DNA of 63,893 nucleotides, counting the filler, from Octopus bimaculoides (lineage: Eukaryota), in NCBI RefSeq assembly GCF_001194135.2. It is 7 parts of 6 records of this genome, joined end to end, with 100 filler letters (N's around TTAATTAATTAA, not from the genome) between each part and the next. Parts side by side here need not be neighbours in the genome. Positions count along the whole stretch, not along the records: positions 9,945 to 23,945 come from NW_026399621.1; positions 24,046 to 50,652 come from NC_068981.1; 5 more parts are not named here. One strand, given 5' to 3'. Shown here piece after piece: positions 21,199 through 33,720 of this stretch (positions are counted from its first letter, which is position 1; every line of letters starts with the position of its first letter). The notes below the pieces were generated by a model. It saw nothing but the letters and a program-made list of their open reading frames with translations. It did no database searches and was not told where the DNA came from. The position numbers and the translations under genes were made by a program.

Positions 21199-23876
21199 CT
21201 AGAATATACCAAATGGATTACTATAAATAATAACTACATAGAAAATTTCTTCTTAAATGCAATTCAAAATGCATTAGGTTTTATATGATTTTATACAAAT
21301 TTCTACTGTCATTGTCATAATCATTGTCTAACATCTGGTCTCCATGCTGGCATGGGTTGGATGGTTTGACATGGAGCTGGCTAGCAGGGAGCTGTCCAGA
21401 TTCCGATTGTCTGTTGTGGCATGGTTTCTATGGCTGGATGCTCTTCCTAATGCCAACCACTTTACAGAGTGTACTGGGTGCTTTTTTACGTATTACCATC
21501 ATGGGTTTGTTTACATGATGATGACATAATTAATAAAATATCTAAAAGTTGGGGTATCTATTTAGAGACCTCTCTCTTTAGATTGCATATTTATACAGAC
21601 CCTTTGAATATAATATTATAGCATCTAGCCAGCTTAAACCATGATTTTAAAATTTTTATGCTATTCAATGATCTTCTGTATGGCAACAAATTTAGTAGGA
21701 ATGGGATCATCAATAACATCGACCTGGGTATTTGTTGGTACTTTATCAACTTCAAAAGACAAGATTTGAGCTAAGCATGTAATGTGTCAGAAGAAATGCT
21801 GCTAACCATTTCGTCTGCTGTGCTAATGAATCTGCCAGTTTGTCACCCATTAATGGATTCAAATTTTGGCACAAAACCAGCAGTTTTAGTGAAAGGGTAT
21901 AATTGATTACATCAATCCTAGATATTTAACTGGTACTTCATTTTATCAAGCACTGGAAGGATTAAAGGCAAAGTTGACATAGGTGGAATTTGAACTCAGA
22001 ACATTGAACACTGAAAGAAATGCAACTAAATATTTTGTCCACTGGTCTAATGACTCTGCCAGCTTTATAATAATACTAATAATATATGTATGAATACTTT
22101 GTCAGGATTGATTTTAAAAAGTAATTTTTGGAATTATTTTGAGCATAAAATATAAGTAGGAATTCTATCCATAATTTAATTAAAACAAAAACAGGAATAA
22201 GTTCTTCGTAAATGTATGACTGCTCCAGTTTCATACATATAATTAAGTGCTACAGATAAATAATTATTTGATTAGTAATTGCATGGTAATCTGTTAGAAT
22301 GCTTTTTGTCATTGTTCACTGTGTTGTAATGTCTTTTCTTGTTGGACCAAAAATACTATTTGATAGCTGAGTGATAAGCCCCTCATTTTCATCCTGCTTG
22401 TGTTTAACATTTCTATGAATCTACATAATGTAGGATGACATGTTTGTGAAATGCATTGATAAACCTCCAATTTTATCGTTATAGGTAGGTGTCAAATTAT
22501 TTTGTACTCATTCATACACATTCAAATATTGACTTAGAAATCAGCATTTTTGACGTCTTCCACATTGTGCACAGTTAACTTACACAATTTTGAAATGGAG
22601 TATAAAAGCCTTAAGTTTTTCACTCAAATTTCCAAGGTCTTCAAATATTGATACAATATCAACTACATGCACAAATGCTATCACATAAAAGGATTTTTTT
22701 ATCAGAAAGGCATTTTTCAGATTTTCTTTGTACTAATTCTGCTGCAAGAACATCTGAAGTTTACAATAACATCACTACCCAAAAATGGGAAAAAACAAAA
22801 GACAAACAAAAACCTAAAATAGCTGTTATTGGGAAATGGTTGACTTGAAAATGTATTTAAAGTAGTGACTGTCTTTCTCTTTTGAAATTGCAGCGCTTTG
22901 TTTTTTGATAGCTCACTGTTGCATTAAACTTTTCACGTGAAGCAGTATAATGCAAAAGAATAGCACAAGAACCATTTGCCAGAGCAGAGATGCTATATAA
23001 ATGATTACTATCAGCTAAGGAAACATCAAATATTTTATCACTAAACCGGTTACCATTTTGAGCAGGCAAGCCTAGATTTCTTTGGAATGTAGAAATATAA
23101 AGGGTGTTGTCATCATTCACTTTCAATCAATTTTTCTATAGGCACAAAACTCCAAATTTTGAGGTATGGATCTAATTGATTACACTGACCTTGGGGCTCA
23201 AAAGTTACTTATTTTATCAACATCATAAAGATGAAAGACAAAGTTGACTTCGCTGGAATTTGAATTCTAAGCATTTTTGACCAGTACTTTCTAGCCTTTT
23301 GGCTAAGACCAAATTGTGTATCATTCTGCTTGCATACAAACTAATTTCTCTTGATTGTTACATATAAGTCTCTAGAAGACTATCTTCAGAATCTTTGCAC
23401 TTTTGCTGAATCATTCATATCAAGGGTGTTCCTATATATTTGTTTTTTTGTTTTTTGGAGACTTTGTTTGCTCTTTCTCAAGCTATGCCTGGCTCATAAG
23501 GGCCGGTTTCCTGGTTTTATTGAGCGTGATCATTACCAACGTCGCCTTACTGGCACTCGTGCCGGTGGCATGTGAACAAAACATTCAAGCGAGGTCATGG
23601 CCAGTGCCACTGGACTGACTCCTGTGCAGGTGGCATGTAAAAAACAACATTCAAGCATGGCCATTGCCAGTACTGCGTGACTGGCCCTCGTACCGGTGGC
23701 ACATTAAAAGCACCTACTACACTTTCGGAGTGGTTGGCGTTAGGAAGGGCATCCAGCTGTAGAAACTCTGCCAGATCAGATTGGAGCCCGGTGCAGCCAT
23801 CTGGGCCGCCAGTACTCAGTCAAATCGTCCAACCCATGCTAGAATGGAAAGTGGACATTAAACAATGATGATGAAG

Positions 23877-23910
<34 letters not shown>

Positions 23911-24800
23911 TTAAAATTATAATACAGGGTATCAAGAGATACCACNNNNNNNNNNNNNNNNNNNNNNNNNNNNNNNNNNNNNNNNNNNNTTAATTAATTA
24001 ANNNNNNNNNNNNNNNNNNNNNNNNNNNNNNNNNNNNNNNNNNNNTTTTTCAATAGCGCACTAGACATTCTAGTACAACTTTATCCTTTTATCACCTATA
24101 TTTTCGTTAGCTACTTTTTGCTAAAAAATTAGACGGTTTTTTTTTGTACTTTTGGTTAAAAAAAGAATGAATTGTAATATCTTCTCTTATTGCTTTTTTT
24201 TTTTTTACACATTTCGAAATAATTAAATGGGAGAAACTGCCGGTTACCAGTGAAAGTTTGAGAAATATAAAGAAAACAAAATATGCATGAAAAATGTAAC
24301 TACTATTTGCAAATAATCGTATCGTTAAAACCAATTATCGTATTGTGCAGCCTCCACTCAGAATATTTTCTCTTCCATCGTTCTCTCTTCTCTGTTGTAA
24401 ATGTAGAAATTTGTCAACTTTTCTCTTCAGTCACTTTCAGATTTGAAATTTTATTTACATTACCAAGTTATCAAATGAGATAAGAAATATTTATTAATTG
24501 TGATCTAAAAGAAAATAAAATACATCTATTTCAGTAAAACTCAAAGGAAGTATTAAGTTAATGTGACTTTTGACAGATTCCTCTTTAACCACCTTGCTCT
24601 GGCTGGAAAAGTACATAGCAAGGGGGTTTAAATACTTCATTTTCATAGTATTTTCTCAGACAATTTATTTTTTCCTCTCACTGTACTTTATTAATATATT
24701 ACCTTTTGTTTCTGTAATGGTAACGGTTTTGAAAATACAAATATCACTATTGATAACCCTGATAATTCGTTTTACTCTTGACACAATACTCGCACATACA

Positions 24801-24998
24801 CACAAACGGTAGCACACCGGGCGAAATGCTTGACGGTATTTCGTCTGTCTTTATGTTCTGAGTTCAAATTCCACCGAAGTCGACTTTGCTTTGCATTCTT
24901 TCGGGATCGATAAATTAATTACCAGTTGCTTACTGGGATCGATCTAATCGACTGGACCCTCCCCTAAAATTTCGGGCCTTGTGCTTAGAGTAGAAAAG
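24801..24998 (+). mobile_element. 5'-truncated family A SINE with 16-bp TSD
   Basis: AATACTCGCACATACA at 24785-24800 and 24999-25014 flanks the copy. Confidence 0.9.
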
Positions 24999-27917
24999 AA
25001 TACTCGCACATACAGGCGTTTACACATTCAAAAACTAATATTTGTGTTACCAATTATTGTAATATTTCTTTTATATTCCACTGTAGTTTTCGCAACTATT
25101 TTTATTCTAACTTAAGGCTGCTTACGTAGTGGGCTGAGACTTCAAAATTTCGCCGGTTCTTGCTTATGCAAGCATTTATGAATAAGCAGTCGCCGGCGTC
25201 GACGAGACTACTAAGTTAATACTAGCAAATTACATCAAATATTAGACAACACATTCGAGTAAATATTCGTTAGTTTTATAAATTTAGAAATATCAAACGA
25301 ACATATATCTATATATATANNNNNNNNNNNNNNNNNNNNNNNNNNNNNNNNNNNNNNNNNNNNNNNNNNNNNNNNNNNNNNNNNNNNNNNNNNNNNNNNN
25401 NNNNNNNNNNNNNNNNNNNNNNNNNNNNNNNNNNNNNNNNNNNNNNNNNNNNNNNNNNNNNNNNNNNNNNNNNNNNNNNNNNNNNNNNNNNNNNNNNNNN
25501 NNNNNNNNNNNNNNNNNNNNNNNNNNNNNNNNNNNNNNNNNNNNNNNNNNNNNNNNNNNNNNNNNNNNNNNNNNNNNNNNNNNNNNNNNNNNNNNNNNNN
25601 NNNNNNNNNNNNNNNNNNNNNNNNNNNNNNNNNNNNNNNNNNNNNNNNNNNNNNNNNNNNNNNNNNNNNNNNNNNNNNNNNNNNNNNNNNNNNNNNNNNN
25701 NNNNNNNNNNNNNNNNNNNNNNNNNNNNNNNNNNNNNNNNNNNNNNNNNNNNNNNNNNNNNNNNNNNNNNNNNNNNNNNNNNNNNNNNNNNNNNNNNNNN
25801 NNNNNNNNNNNNNNNNCAAACACAGATACACAAACACACACATATATATATACGACGGGCTTCTTTCAGTTTCCGTCTACCCAATCCACTCACAAGGCTT
25901 TGGTCGGCCCGGGGCTATAGTAGAAGACACTTGCCCAAGATGCCACGCAGTGGGACTGAACCCGGAACCATGTGGTTGGTAAGCAAACTACTTACCACAC
26001 AGCCACTCCTACGTTACTCTTTTACTTGTTTCAGTCATTTGACTGCGGCCATGCTGGAGCACCGCCTTTTAGTCATGCAAATCGACCCCAGGACATGTTC
26101 TTTGTAAGCCAAGTACTTATTCTATCGGTCTGTTCTGTTGAACCGCTAAGTTACGGGGGAAATAAATACACTAGCATCGGTTGTCAAGTGATGTTGGGGG
26201 GACCAACACACACACACACATATTTATTTATTTATTTATGGGTTTCAGCCAAGTGGCTGCGGTTATGCTGGAGCAACATATATATATATAGGACGGGCTT
26301 CTTTCAGTTTCTGTCTACCCAATCCTCTCACAAGGCTTTGGTTGGCCCGAGGTTATAGTAGAAGACACTTGCCCAAGGTGCTACGTAGTGGGACTGAACT
26401 TGTAACCATGTGGTTGGTAAGCAAGCTACTTACCACACAGCCACTCCTGCACCTACACTCACCACACAGCCACTCCTGCGCCTACTATGTATATATTTCA
26501 TTAATATTTAGCTGAACAGAGTGACTCAAGGTTCGAGTTTCGTGCGTTAGCACATCAACACACCTACATATATATATATAATATTGGAGTTAGAGCATGG
26601 TGCTAAGTAGTTACAAATGAAAAGAAACAGAAATTAAAATAGATTTTAAAAGGTTTATCTTCAATGTGTTTCAGTCATTAGATTGCGGTTAGGGCACGGC
26701 CTTGAGGAATTTTTAGTCGAATGATTCGACCCCAGTACTTTTCTTTTTAAGCTTGGTACTTATTCTTTCAGTCTCTTGCCAAACTGTTTTGTTACAGGTA
26801 CGTAGTAAACACACCAACACCGGTTGTCAAGCGGTAGTGGGGGACAAACAGGCACAAAGACACACAAATATGCATGTGTGTGTGTGTACATATATAGATA
26901 TGTGTACATATATATACATAGATCATCATCATCATCATCGTTTAACGTCCGCTTTCCATGCTAGCATGGGTTGGACGATTTGACTGAGGACTGGTGAAAC
27001 CGGATGGCAACACCAGGCTCCAGTCTGATTTGGCAGAGTTTCTACAGCTNNNNNNNNNNNNNNNNNNNNNNNNNNNNNNNNNNNNNNNNNNNNNNNNNNN
27101 NNNNNNNNNNNNNNNNNNNNNNNNNNNNNNNNNNNNNNNNNNNNNNNNNNNNNNNNNNNNNNNNNNNNNNNNNNNNNNNNNNNNNNNNNNNNNNNNNNNN
27201 NNNNNNNNNNNNNNNNNNNNNNNNNNNNNNNNNNNNNNNNNNNNNNNNNNNNNNNNNNNNNNNNNNNNNNNNNNNNNNNNNNNNNNNNNNNNNNNNNNNN
27301 NNNNNNNNNNNNNNNNNNNNNNNNNNNNNNNNNNNNNNNNNNNNNNNNNNNNNNNNNNNNNNNNNNNNNNNNNNNNNNNNNNNNNNNNNNNNNNNNNNNN
27401 NNNNNNNNNNNNNNNNNNNNNNNNNNNNNNNNNNNNNNNNNNNNNNNNNNNNNNNNNNNNNNNNNNNNNNNNNNNNNNNNNNNNNNNNNNNNNNNNNNNN
27501 NNNNNNNNNNNNNNNNNNNNNNNNNNNNNNNNNNNNNNNNNNNNNNNNNNNNNNNNNNNNNNNNNNNNNNNNNNNNNNNNNNNNNNNNNNNNNNNNNNNN
27601 NNNNNNNNNNNNNNNNNNNNNNNNNNNNNNNNNNNNNNNNNNNNNNNNNNNNNNNNNNNNNNNNNNNNNNNNNNNNNNNNNNNNNNNNNNNNNNNNNNNN
27701 NNNNNNNNNNNNNNNNNNNNNNNNNNNNNNNNNNNNNNNNNNNNNNNNNNNNNNNNNNNNNNNNNNNNNNNNNNNNNNNNNNNNNNNNNNNNNNNNNNNN
27801 NNNNNNNNNNNNNNNNNNNNNNNNNNNNNNNNNNNNNNNNNNNNNNNNNNNNNNNNNNNNNNNNNNNNNNNNNNNNNNNNNNNNNNNNNNNNNNNNNNNN
27901 NNNNNNNNNNNNNNNNN

Positions 27918-28192
27918 TTTATTGCACCTGAACATCTGCCACAAACAAAAACTAACTTGCTAGTTAACCTGCCTTTGATGTTGCTGCACCTCTTATGTGT
28001 CCATAGCTTGCACCGGGTACATCTTATAGAGTTACTACCTACTCCTTTTCTACATACTGAGCAGGGCCATCTACCTGAAGGGGTTTGTGTTTTATCTACC
28101 TTCCTACTTATTAGGATTTTGGTTTTAGCTAGGTTGACTCTAAGGCCCTTCAATTCTAGACCTTGCTTCCACACCTGAAACTTCTCCTCTAG
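27918..28192 (-). mobile_element. RTE-type LINE RT fragment with Cys-rich (PHD-like) insertion
   Basis: LEEKFQVWKQGLELKGLRVNLAKTKILIS...WPCSVCRKGVGSNSIRCTRCKLWTHKRCSNIKG...FVCGRC. Confidence 0.9.
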
Positions 28193-29319
28193 TTATACAT
28201 ATATATACACACGACGGACTTTCTGTCTACGAAACCCACTCACAAGGCTTTGGTCGGCCCAAAGCTATAGTTGAAGACACTTACCCAAGATGCTTAATAT
28301 GTGTCATAACCCTTCATTTTTAGAGAAAAAATGTCTAGATGGGCTATTTTCATTCAAAAGCTATTAGCATGGTTCACCCAAAAACTGAAGAATCTGAAAC
28401 AAAAAAGAAAGGACATTACACAGAATAATGAAAACATAACAATGGTGTTGCCATAGTGTGCAAACCAGCGGGAAAAGTTTTATCAAAACCAAGACGCATC
28501 AATACATAACAGAAGTACATATATAGTCACATAAACCCATACACATAGACACACTCAAACATGCACACACAAAGAGTCAGGTACACATGTAAATACACAC
28601 ACTCACACACACACACAAACACACAAACACATAAATATGCAAAATACATACAAATGTACACACATGCATATATATATATATATATATGCATACACACATA
28701 CATATATACATACATATGTGTATACACATACACACTGATGCATACACACACACATATATACATACATGTGTATACACATACACACTGATGCACACACACA
28801 TGCGCACAAACAGACATACAAAAAGAATGCAGCTCCAATAACGGACAGTCAACGACCATTGAAGAGGTTGCAAGAAGCAACAAAAATTTAAGAAAAAAAT
28901 AATTAAGTAAATGAGTGGAAATCAAACCAGTGAGTGTGTTAATTAATAAGGTGTTAAGACAAAATGACTCTCCCCAGACACAATAATATACATATGTATG
29001 TATGTATGTATCTATGTATGTATCTATGTAACCAACTCCTGCCTGTTTCAAGGTTTGTAATCTTGTGAGTTGCATTGCTACCTCAATAGTGCTAGTGGCA
29101 CAAAGAAATAGTACCCAGTACACTCTGTAAAGTGGTTGGCATTAGGAAGGACATCCAGCTGTAGAAACTGTTCCAAAGCAGACGTTGGAACATGAACCAG
29201 TCCTTGGACCTATCAGATCTTGTCAACCCATCAAACGAAAGCCAGCATGGAACATGAATGTTAAATGATGATAATGATGAAAATAATGATAATAATATAC
29301 AATTCAATCATTCATTGGT

Positions 29320-29830
29320 AGTCTCTCAAGTGAGAAAGATGATTGTATTGCATGATCAACATCTATACATGCTCATCTGATTCTTAGTCCAAACTCAGAT
29401 GCACAGATATGGTTGCAGGCAAAGAACATTGCTTGTTGAGATAGAAGATACCTTTGTGTATCTCTTATGCTCTCCCTGAAGCACTGCAAACACTAGTTGG
29501 TTAGGAATTTGTTTGCTGCCTTGAAGCATAGGTTATGCCACAACAGTATGCTTGAAATCATAGAACTGGCATTCAGTCCTTTTCAGGTTGAACTTGAAGC
29601 TTTCTTTATACCCTTTCCTTAGTCAACCTTAGGCACAACTACCCCTTTCCAGTTCTCCATAGAATAACTGGATTTATTTATACAGATCACATGACCAGTC
29701 CATCCAAGCTTAGCCTTTAGGATCTTGACTTCAATCCTTGTAGAGTTGGCTTTGTCTAAAACTGTCTGGCTCAAAATTTCTAGTCAGTGGTCGTCATGTA
29801 TGGCACTATTTCACTCTTTTTGAAACCATC
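29320..29830 (-). mobile_element. Decayed RTE LINE 3' fragment
   Basis: Minus translation gives VLDKANSTRIEVKILKAKLGWTGHVI...QLFYGEL...KGYKESFKFNLK and a terminal CNHICASEFGL, with frameshifts. Confidence 0.8.
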
Positions 29831-30832
29831 AGCATGACATAACTTGAGGTATACTAATTAAATATTTTATTAAGTGAGACATCTCTTACAAGTGGAAAAT
29901 AATTACAACTTGTGTTATTTTCCTTCTCTTTTCTTTTCTCCTTTTCCCTCCCTATCATTGGTTGGACTAACATTCATGTGTAGATATGTATAAATAGAAA
30001 ATTCATTGTACAAATTGTATCTCAACTTATCGTCTAAAGACATAATTGATGATCAATTTGTTTTTTCGCTACTTTCATGGATAACAGTGACTCTCTGTCA
30101 CCATCCAATTCCATTATTATGAATTTGAATTGGGAGCTTCAGTCATAGCAAATCTTTCATTACCTGATTACATAACATGGATACCACGCCTATGAATGTG
30201 TTGCAGTTACTCACTTATGGTGAGCCACTGTGTAACTTCAGAATTCTCTTGATAGAAGTTGGTGATCTTCGATTCTTCTGCTCAGCATCGATGTAAGAAG
30301 CACTATTGGCTCAGTTGAGCTCTTCAACTACCTCTTCACAATCCACCATGCTGCAGTCACATTACTTTGCCATATCCCTGGCAGGATGGCTGAATGGATG
30401 CTTTGCCTTGCAAAAGGGCAGCCTGTAACTATGCAGAACACCGTTGTCATTCTGTATTTTCAAATACCTGCATACCTTCAAATGATCAATTTAATATGTA
30501 ATAATTATTAATTTTTGATTATCAACTATTTAAATGATCATAATGAATTATCTGAAATACCAACTATTTGTCTCCTAGATATTCCTTTAAACTGTGTGTG
30601 AGTGTGCATGCTTGCATGCGCACACACGTGTATGTGTGTGAAGGCATGTGACTTAGTGGTTAGGATATTGCACTCATGATCTAGCAATTGTGGGTTCAAT
30701 TCCTGAACTGAGTGTTGTGTTGTGTATTTGAGAAAAACATTTCATTTGATGTTTCTCCAATCCACTCAGCTGTAAATGAGTAGTTCTATGATGAACTAGC
30801 CATCTGATCAGAAGGAACGTTGGCCTTCTCCC

Positions 30833-30900
<68 letters not shown>

Positions 30901-31829
30901 NNNNNNNNNNNNNNNNNNNNNNNNNNNNNNNNNNNNNNNNNNNNNNNNNNNNNNNNNNNNNNNNNNNNNNNNNNNNNNNNNNNNNNNNNNNNNNNNNNNN
31001 NNNNNNNNNNNNNNNNNNNNNNNNNNNNNNNNNNNNNNNNNNNNNNNNNNNNNNNNNNNNNNNNNNNNNNNNNNNNNNNNNNNNNNNNNNNNNNNNNNNN
31101 NNNNNNNNNNNNNNNNNNNNNNNNNNNNNNNNNNNNNNNNNNNNNNNNNNNNNNNNNNNNNNNNNNNNNNNNNNNNNNNNNNNNNNNNNNNNNNNNNNNN
31201 NNNNNNNNNNNNNNNNNNNNNNNNNNNNNNNNNNNNNNNNNNNNNNNNNNNNNNNNNNNNNNNNNNNNNNNNNNNNNNNNNNNNNATTTTTCAACATTGT
31301 CCTCTCAGTTGAAAAATAAACAGGTAAATTGACATAATACAATGTCTGCAAGTTGATGAATACCACATATTCCCCTCCACTTTCTTATTGCTATATAAAT
31401 TAAGGGTAAAATTTCCTTTTACCTGCACCCATTTATTGCACTTGGTAAAAACACTAGTGTAATAATAATTGGGTATTCTTCCGGCAGTATATTGGATAGA
31501 TATTATTCCTTAGTGGGTTGGATTCACAACCCCTAACTTTCTTGGACTATATATATATATATATATATATATAGTATCACATTATTTATCAGATTAACAG
31601 ATATTGTTAGACATCACTGGTCACAATGCACTTCCTTGCATTGTGTAGCTTTTGACACAACATCAGCATCAACAGATAGACCAACATTCTCCTTGAATGG
31701 AACACTAGTCCATTGCAGGGTTATTCATTTACAGCTGAGTGGATTAGAACAATGTGAAAGGAAGTGGTTTTTCTCAAGAACACAATGCACAGCCAGTCTG
31801 AGAATTGAAACCATGATCATTTGATCATG

Positions 31830-32050
31830 ACTCCCTCATGGACGGCCTGATTGACTATATTGGGTCACTAGAGCATAACCTATATTTTAAGTATCTCAGC
31901 AGTGATTCCTACTGGGCTTCATATCCTTCATGACTTTATCTACCAAGCTACTGTCTATTCGGATAGCTGGCCCCTCTGTTTGATCCACATTGGGCAGACT
32001 CTCCTTCTCCCATTCATTCTCAGCATTAGCAGTCTTTCGTAGTAGCACTA
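31830..32050 (-). mobile_element. RTE LINE fragment (region upstream of RT)
   Basis: ...NAENEWEKESLPNVDQTEGPAIRIDSSLVDKVMKDMK...GITAE-like motif. Confidence 0.7.
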
Positions 32051-32349
32051 TAAACATATACGCGTGTGTGTGTGCATGTNNNNNNNNNNAGTGAACAGGT
32101 CATGGTCTCAAAGTGACGAAAATATTTTGGCAAATTAAATTTAAATGTTGAAGTGAATCTAAAGGTTTTTGTGTGTTTTTAAATAGCCTATAAACACCTT
32201 CCATGCTGCAATTGTTTTGTTTCAGCACGATCTCAGATCAGGTCACTTGCTATGCAAGTACATCTCCGTAATATATATATATATATATATATATACTAGC
32301 TGGTGTACCCAGTAATTCCTGGGGGTAATTCCTGGGGGTAAAGTAACGC

Positions 32350-32690
32350 CTTATTACTCTGATATATATATTTTGCCATATTGGCTGTAGGCATTTTTTA
32401 ATTGCTTCTTTATTAGCCATTTCAATATTTTTTGTTTTAAGTGACAAGGTTTTGTACACTATTGTTTGCCTCTTTGTGATGTGTACACTTCTCCAGGTGG
32501 GGTCAGTTTTACAATGGTTCCCTCCTTTTGTATTAAACACTTGTATTTCTCCAGTTCATCCGGGCTGACCTGTACGATTTCACTCATGACATTGGTCACA
32601 GACACAAAGTTGACTTTGTTGCTACAATTTTGTGGGTTCGTTTTTGTTGTATGGGGAATCTGTACACCCCCATGATTGGTTAAGTGAACT
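32350..32690 (-). mobile_element. Tx1/L1-type ORF1 fragment, distant paralog of the ORF1 at 33883
   Basis: GTIVKLTPPGEVYTSQRG / IVYKTLSLKTKNIEMANKEAIKKCLQPIWQNI aligns by eye with GHNIKVTPPNEIIRTTREGRIVYRIYMLKTKKVEMTMTQQVERALKPIWQGI. Confidence 0.7.
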
Positions 32691-32714
32691 ATACTCGTTA
32701 GTTTAAATGAGCAT

Positions 32715-32995
32715 GCACAGAACAGAATTGAAAAGACTTGAGAATAATGGTGTAATACAAAAATTAAACTATTTGGAATGGGCAGCACCAGCTGTGTACA
32801 TAGAAAAGAAAAATAACAAAATAAGGGTCTGCACCAATATTCTGATGGGATTAAATGAATGTCTGAAAACTTATAACTATCCATTACCAAGTCCAGAGGA
32901 GATTTTTGCCAAGCTTAATGGAGGCAAACTCTTTTCTAAATTGAATTTATTGGAAGCTTATTTACAGCTGTAGGTAGACAAAGAATGTTCCAATA
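32715..32995 (+). mobile_element. Ty3/Gypsy reverse transcriptase N-terminal fragment
   Basis: ELKRLENNGVIQKLNYLEWAAPAVYIEKKNNKIRVC...YPLPSPEEIFAKLNGGKLFSKLNLLEAYLQL; no LTRs or rest of pol. Confidence 0.9.
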
Positions 32996-33402
32996 TAGAA
33001 ATGAGAAATTTGTTATATTTAATTTTGTTGTTTTGAATGTAATATTTTAGAGCAATAAATATTTTTCTATGAAAAAAAAAAAAATCAAAATAGTCAGTTC
33101 TTAAAAATGACAAGTGTAAGTTGTATATAAGGGAATCTTTTGCCATCCTTTGGTCCTTTGGGCCTAAAACATTAAATAAATTTACAGAGGTGATCTCTTT
33201 CTGCAATCATAAGTTTTCTTCTACTTTTCTGAAAATATATAGAAGTAAGGCTAAATGTGGTAGATAATATTTAGTTTGCTTACTGGGTTTCAAAATTGGA
33301 TAGAAAAATTCCTATAAATAGCAGCCACCTACATAGTTCGCCATAAGATAAAATATTTTTTTTATATAGTGGGGTTTTTTTTTTAATATTTTTATATATT
33401 AA

Positions 33403-33616
33403 GGCAGCGAGCTGGCAGAATCATTAGCACACCGGGCGAAATGCTTAGCAGTATTTCATCTGTCTTTACGTTCTGAGTTCAAATTCCGCAAAGGTCGACT
33501 TTGCCTTTCATCCTTTCAGGGTTGATAAATTAAGTACCAGTTGCATACTGAGGTCGATCTAATCTACTGGTCCCCTCCCCAAAATTTCAGGCCTTGTGCC
33601 TAGAGTAGAAAAGAAT
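33403..33616 (+). mobile_element. Full-length family A tRNA-derived SINE
   Basis: GGCAGCGAGCTGGCAGAATCATTAGC (A-box) ... GAGTTCAAATTCC (B-box) ... GGCCTTGTGCCTAGAGTAGAAAAGAAT. Further copies near 1.8, 2.0, 21.7-22.1, 23.2, 59.0, 60.5, 60.7 and 63.4 kb. Confidence 0.92.
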
Positions 33617-33720
33617 ATTTTAATATATTATTTAGTTAGGAATTTTGGACTGGTCCTGCAAAAGGTTATATGCTATAAATAAGAATTACGCCTGTATTGT
33701 AATTCTTGTGAACTACTTGA

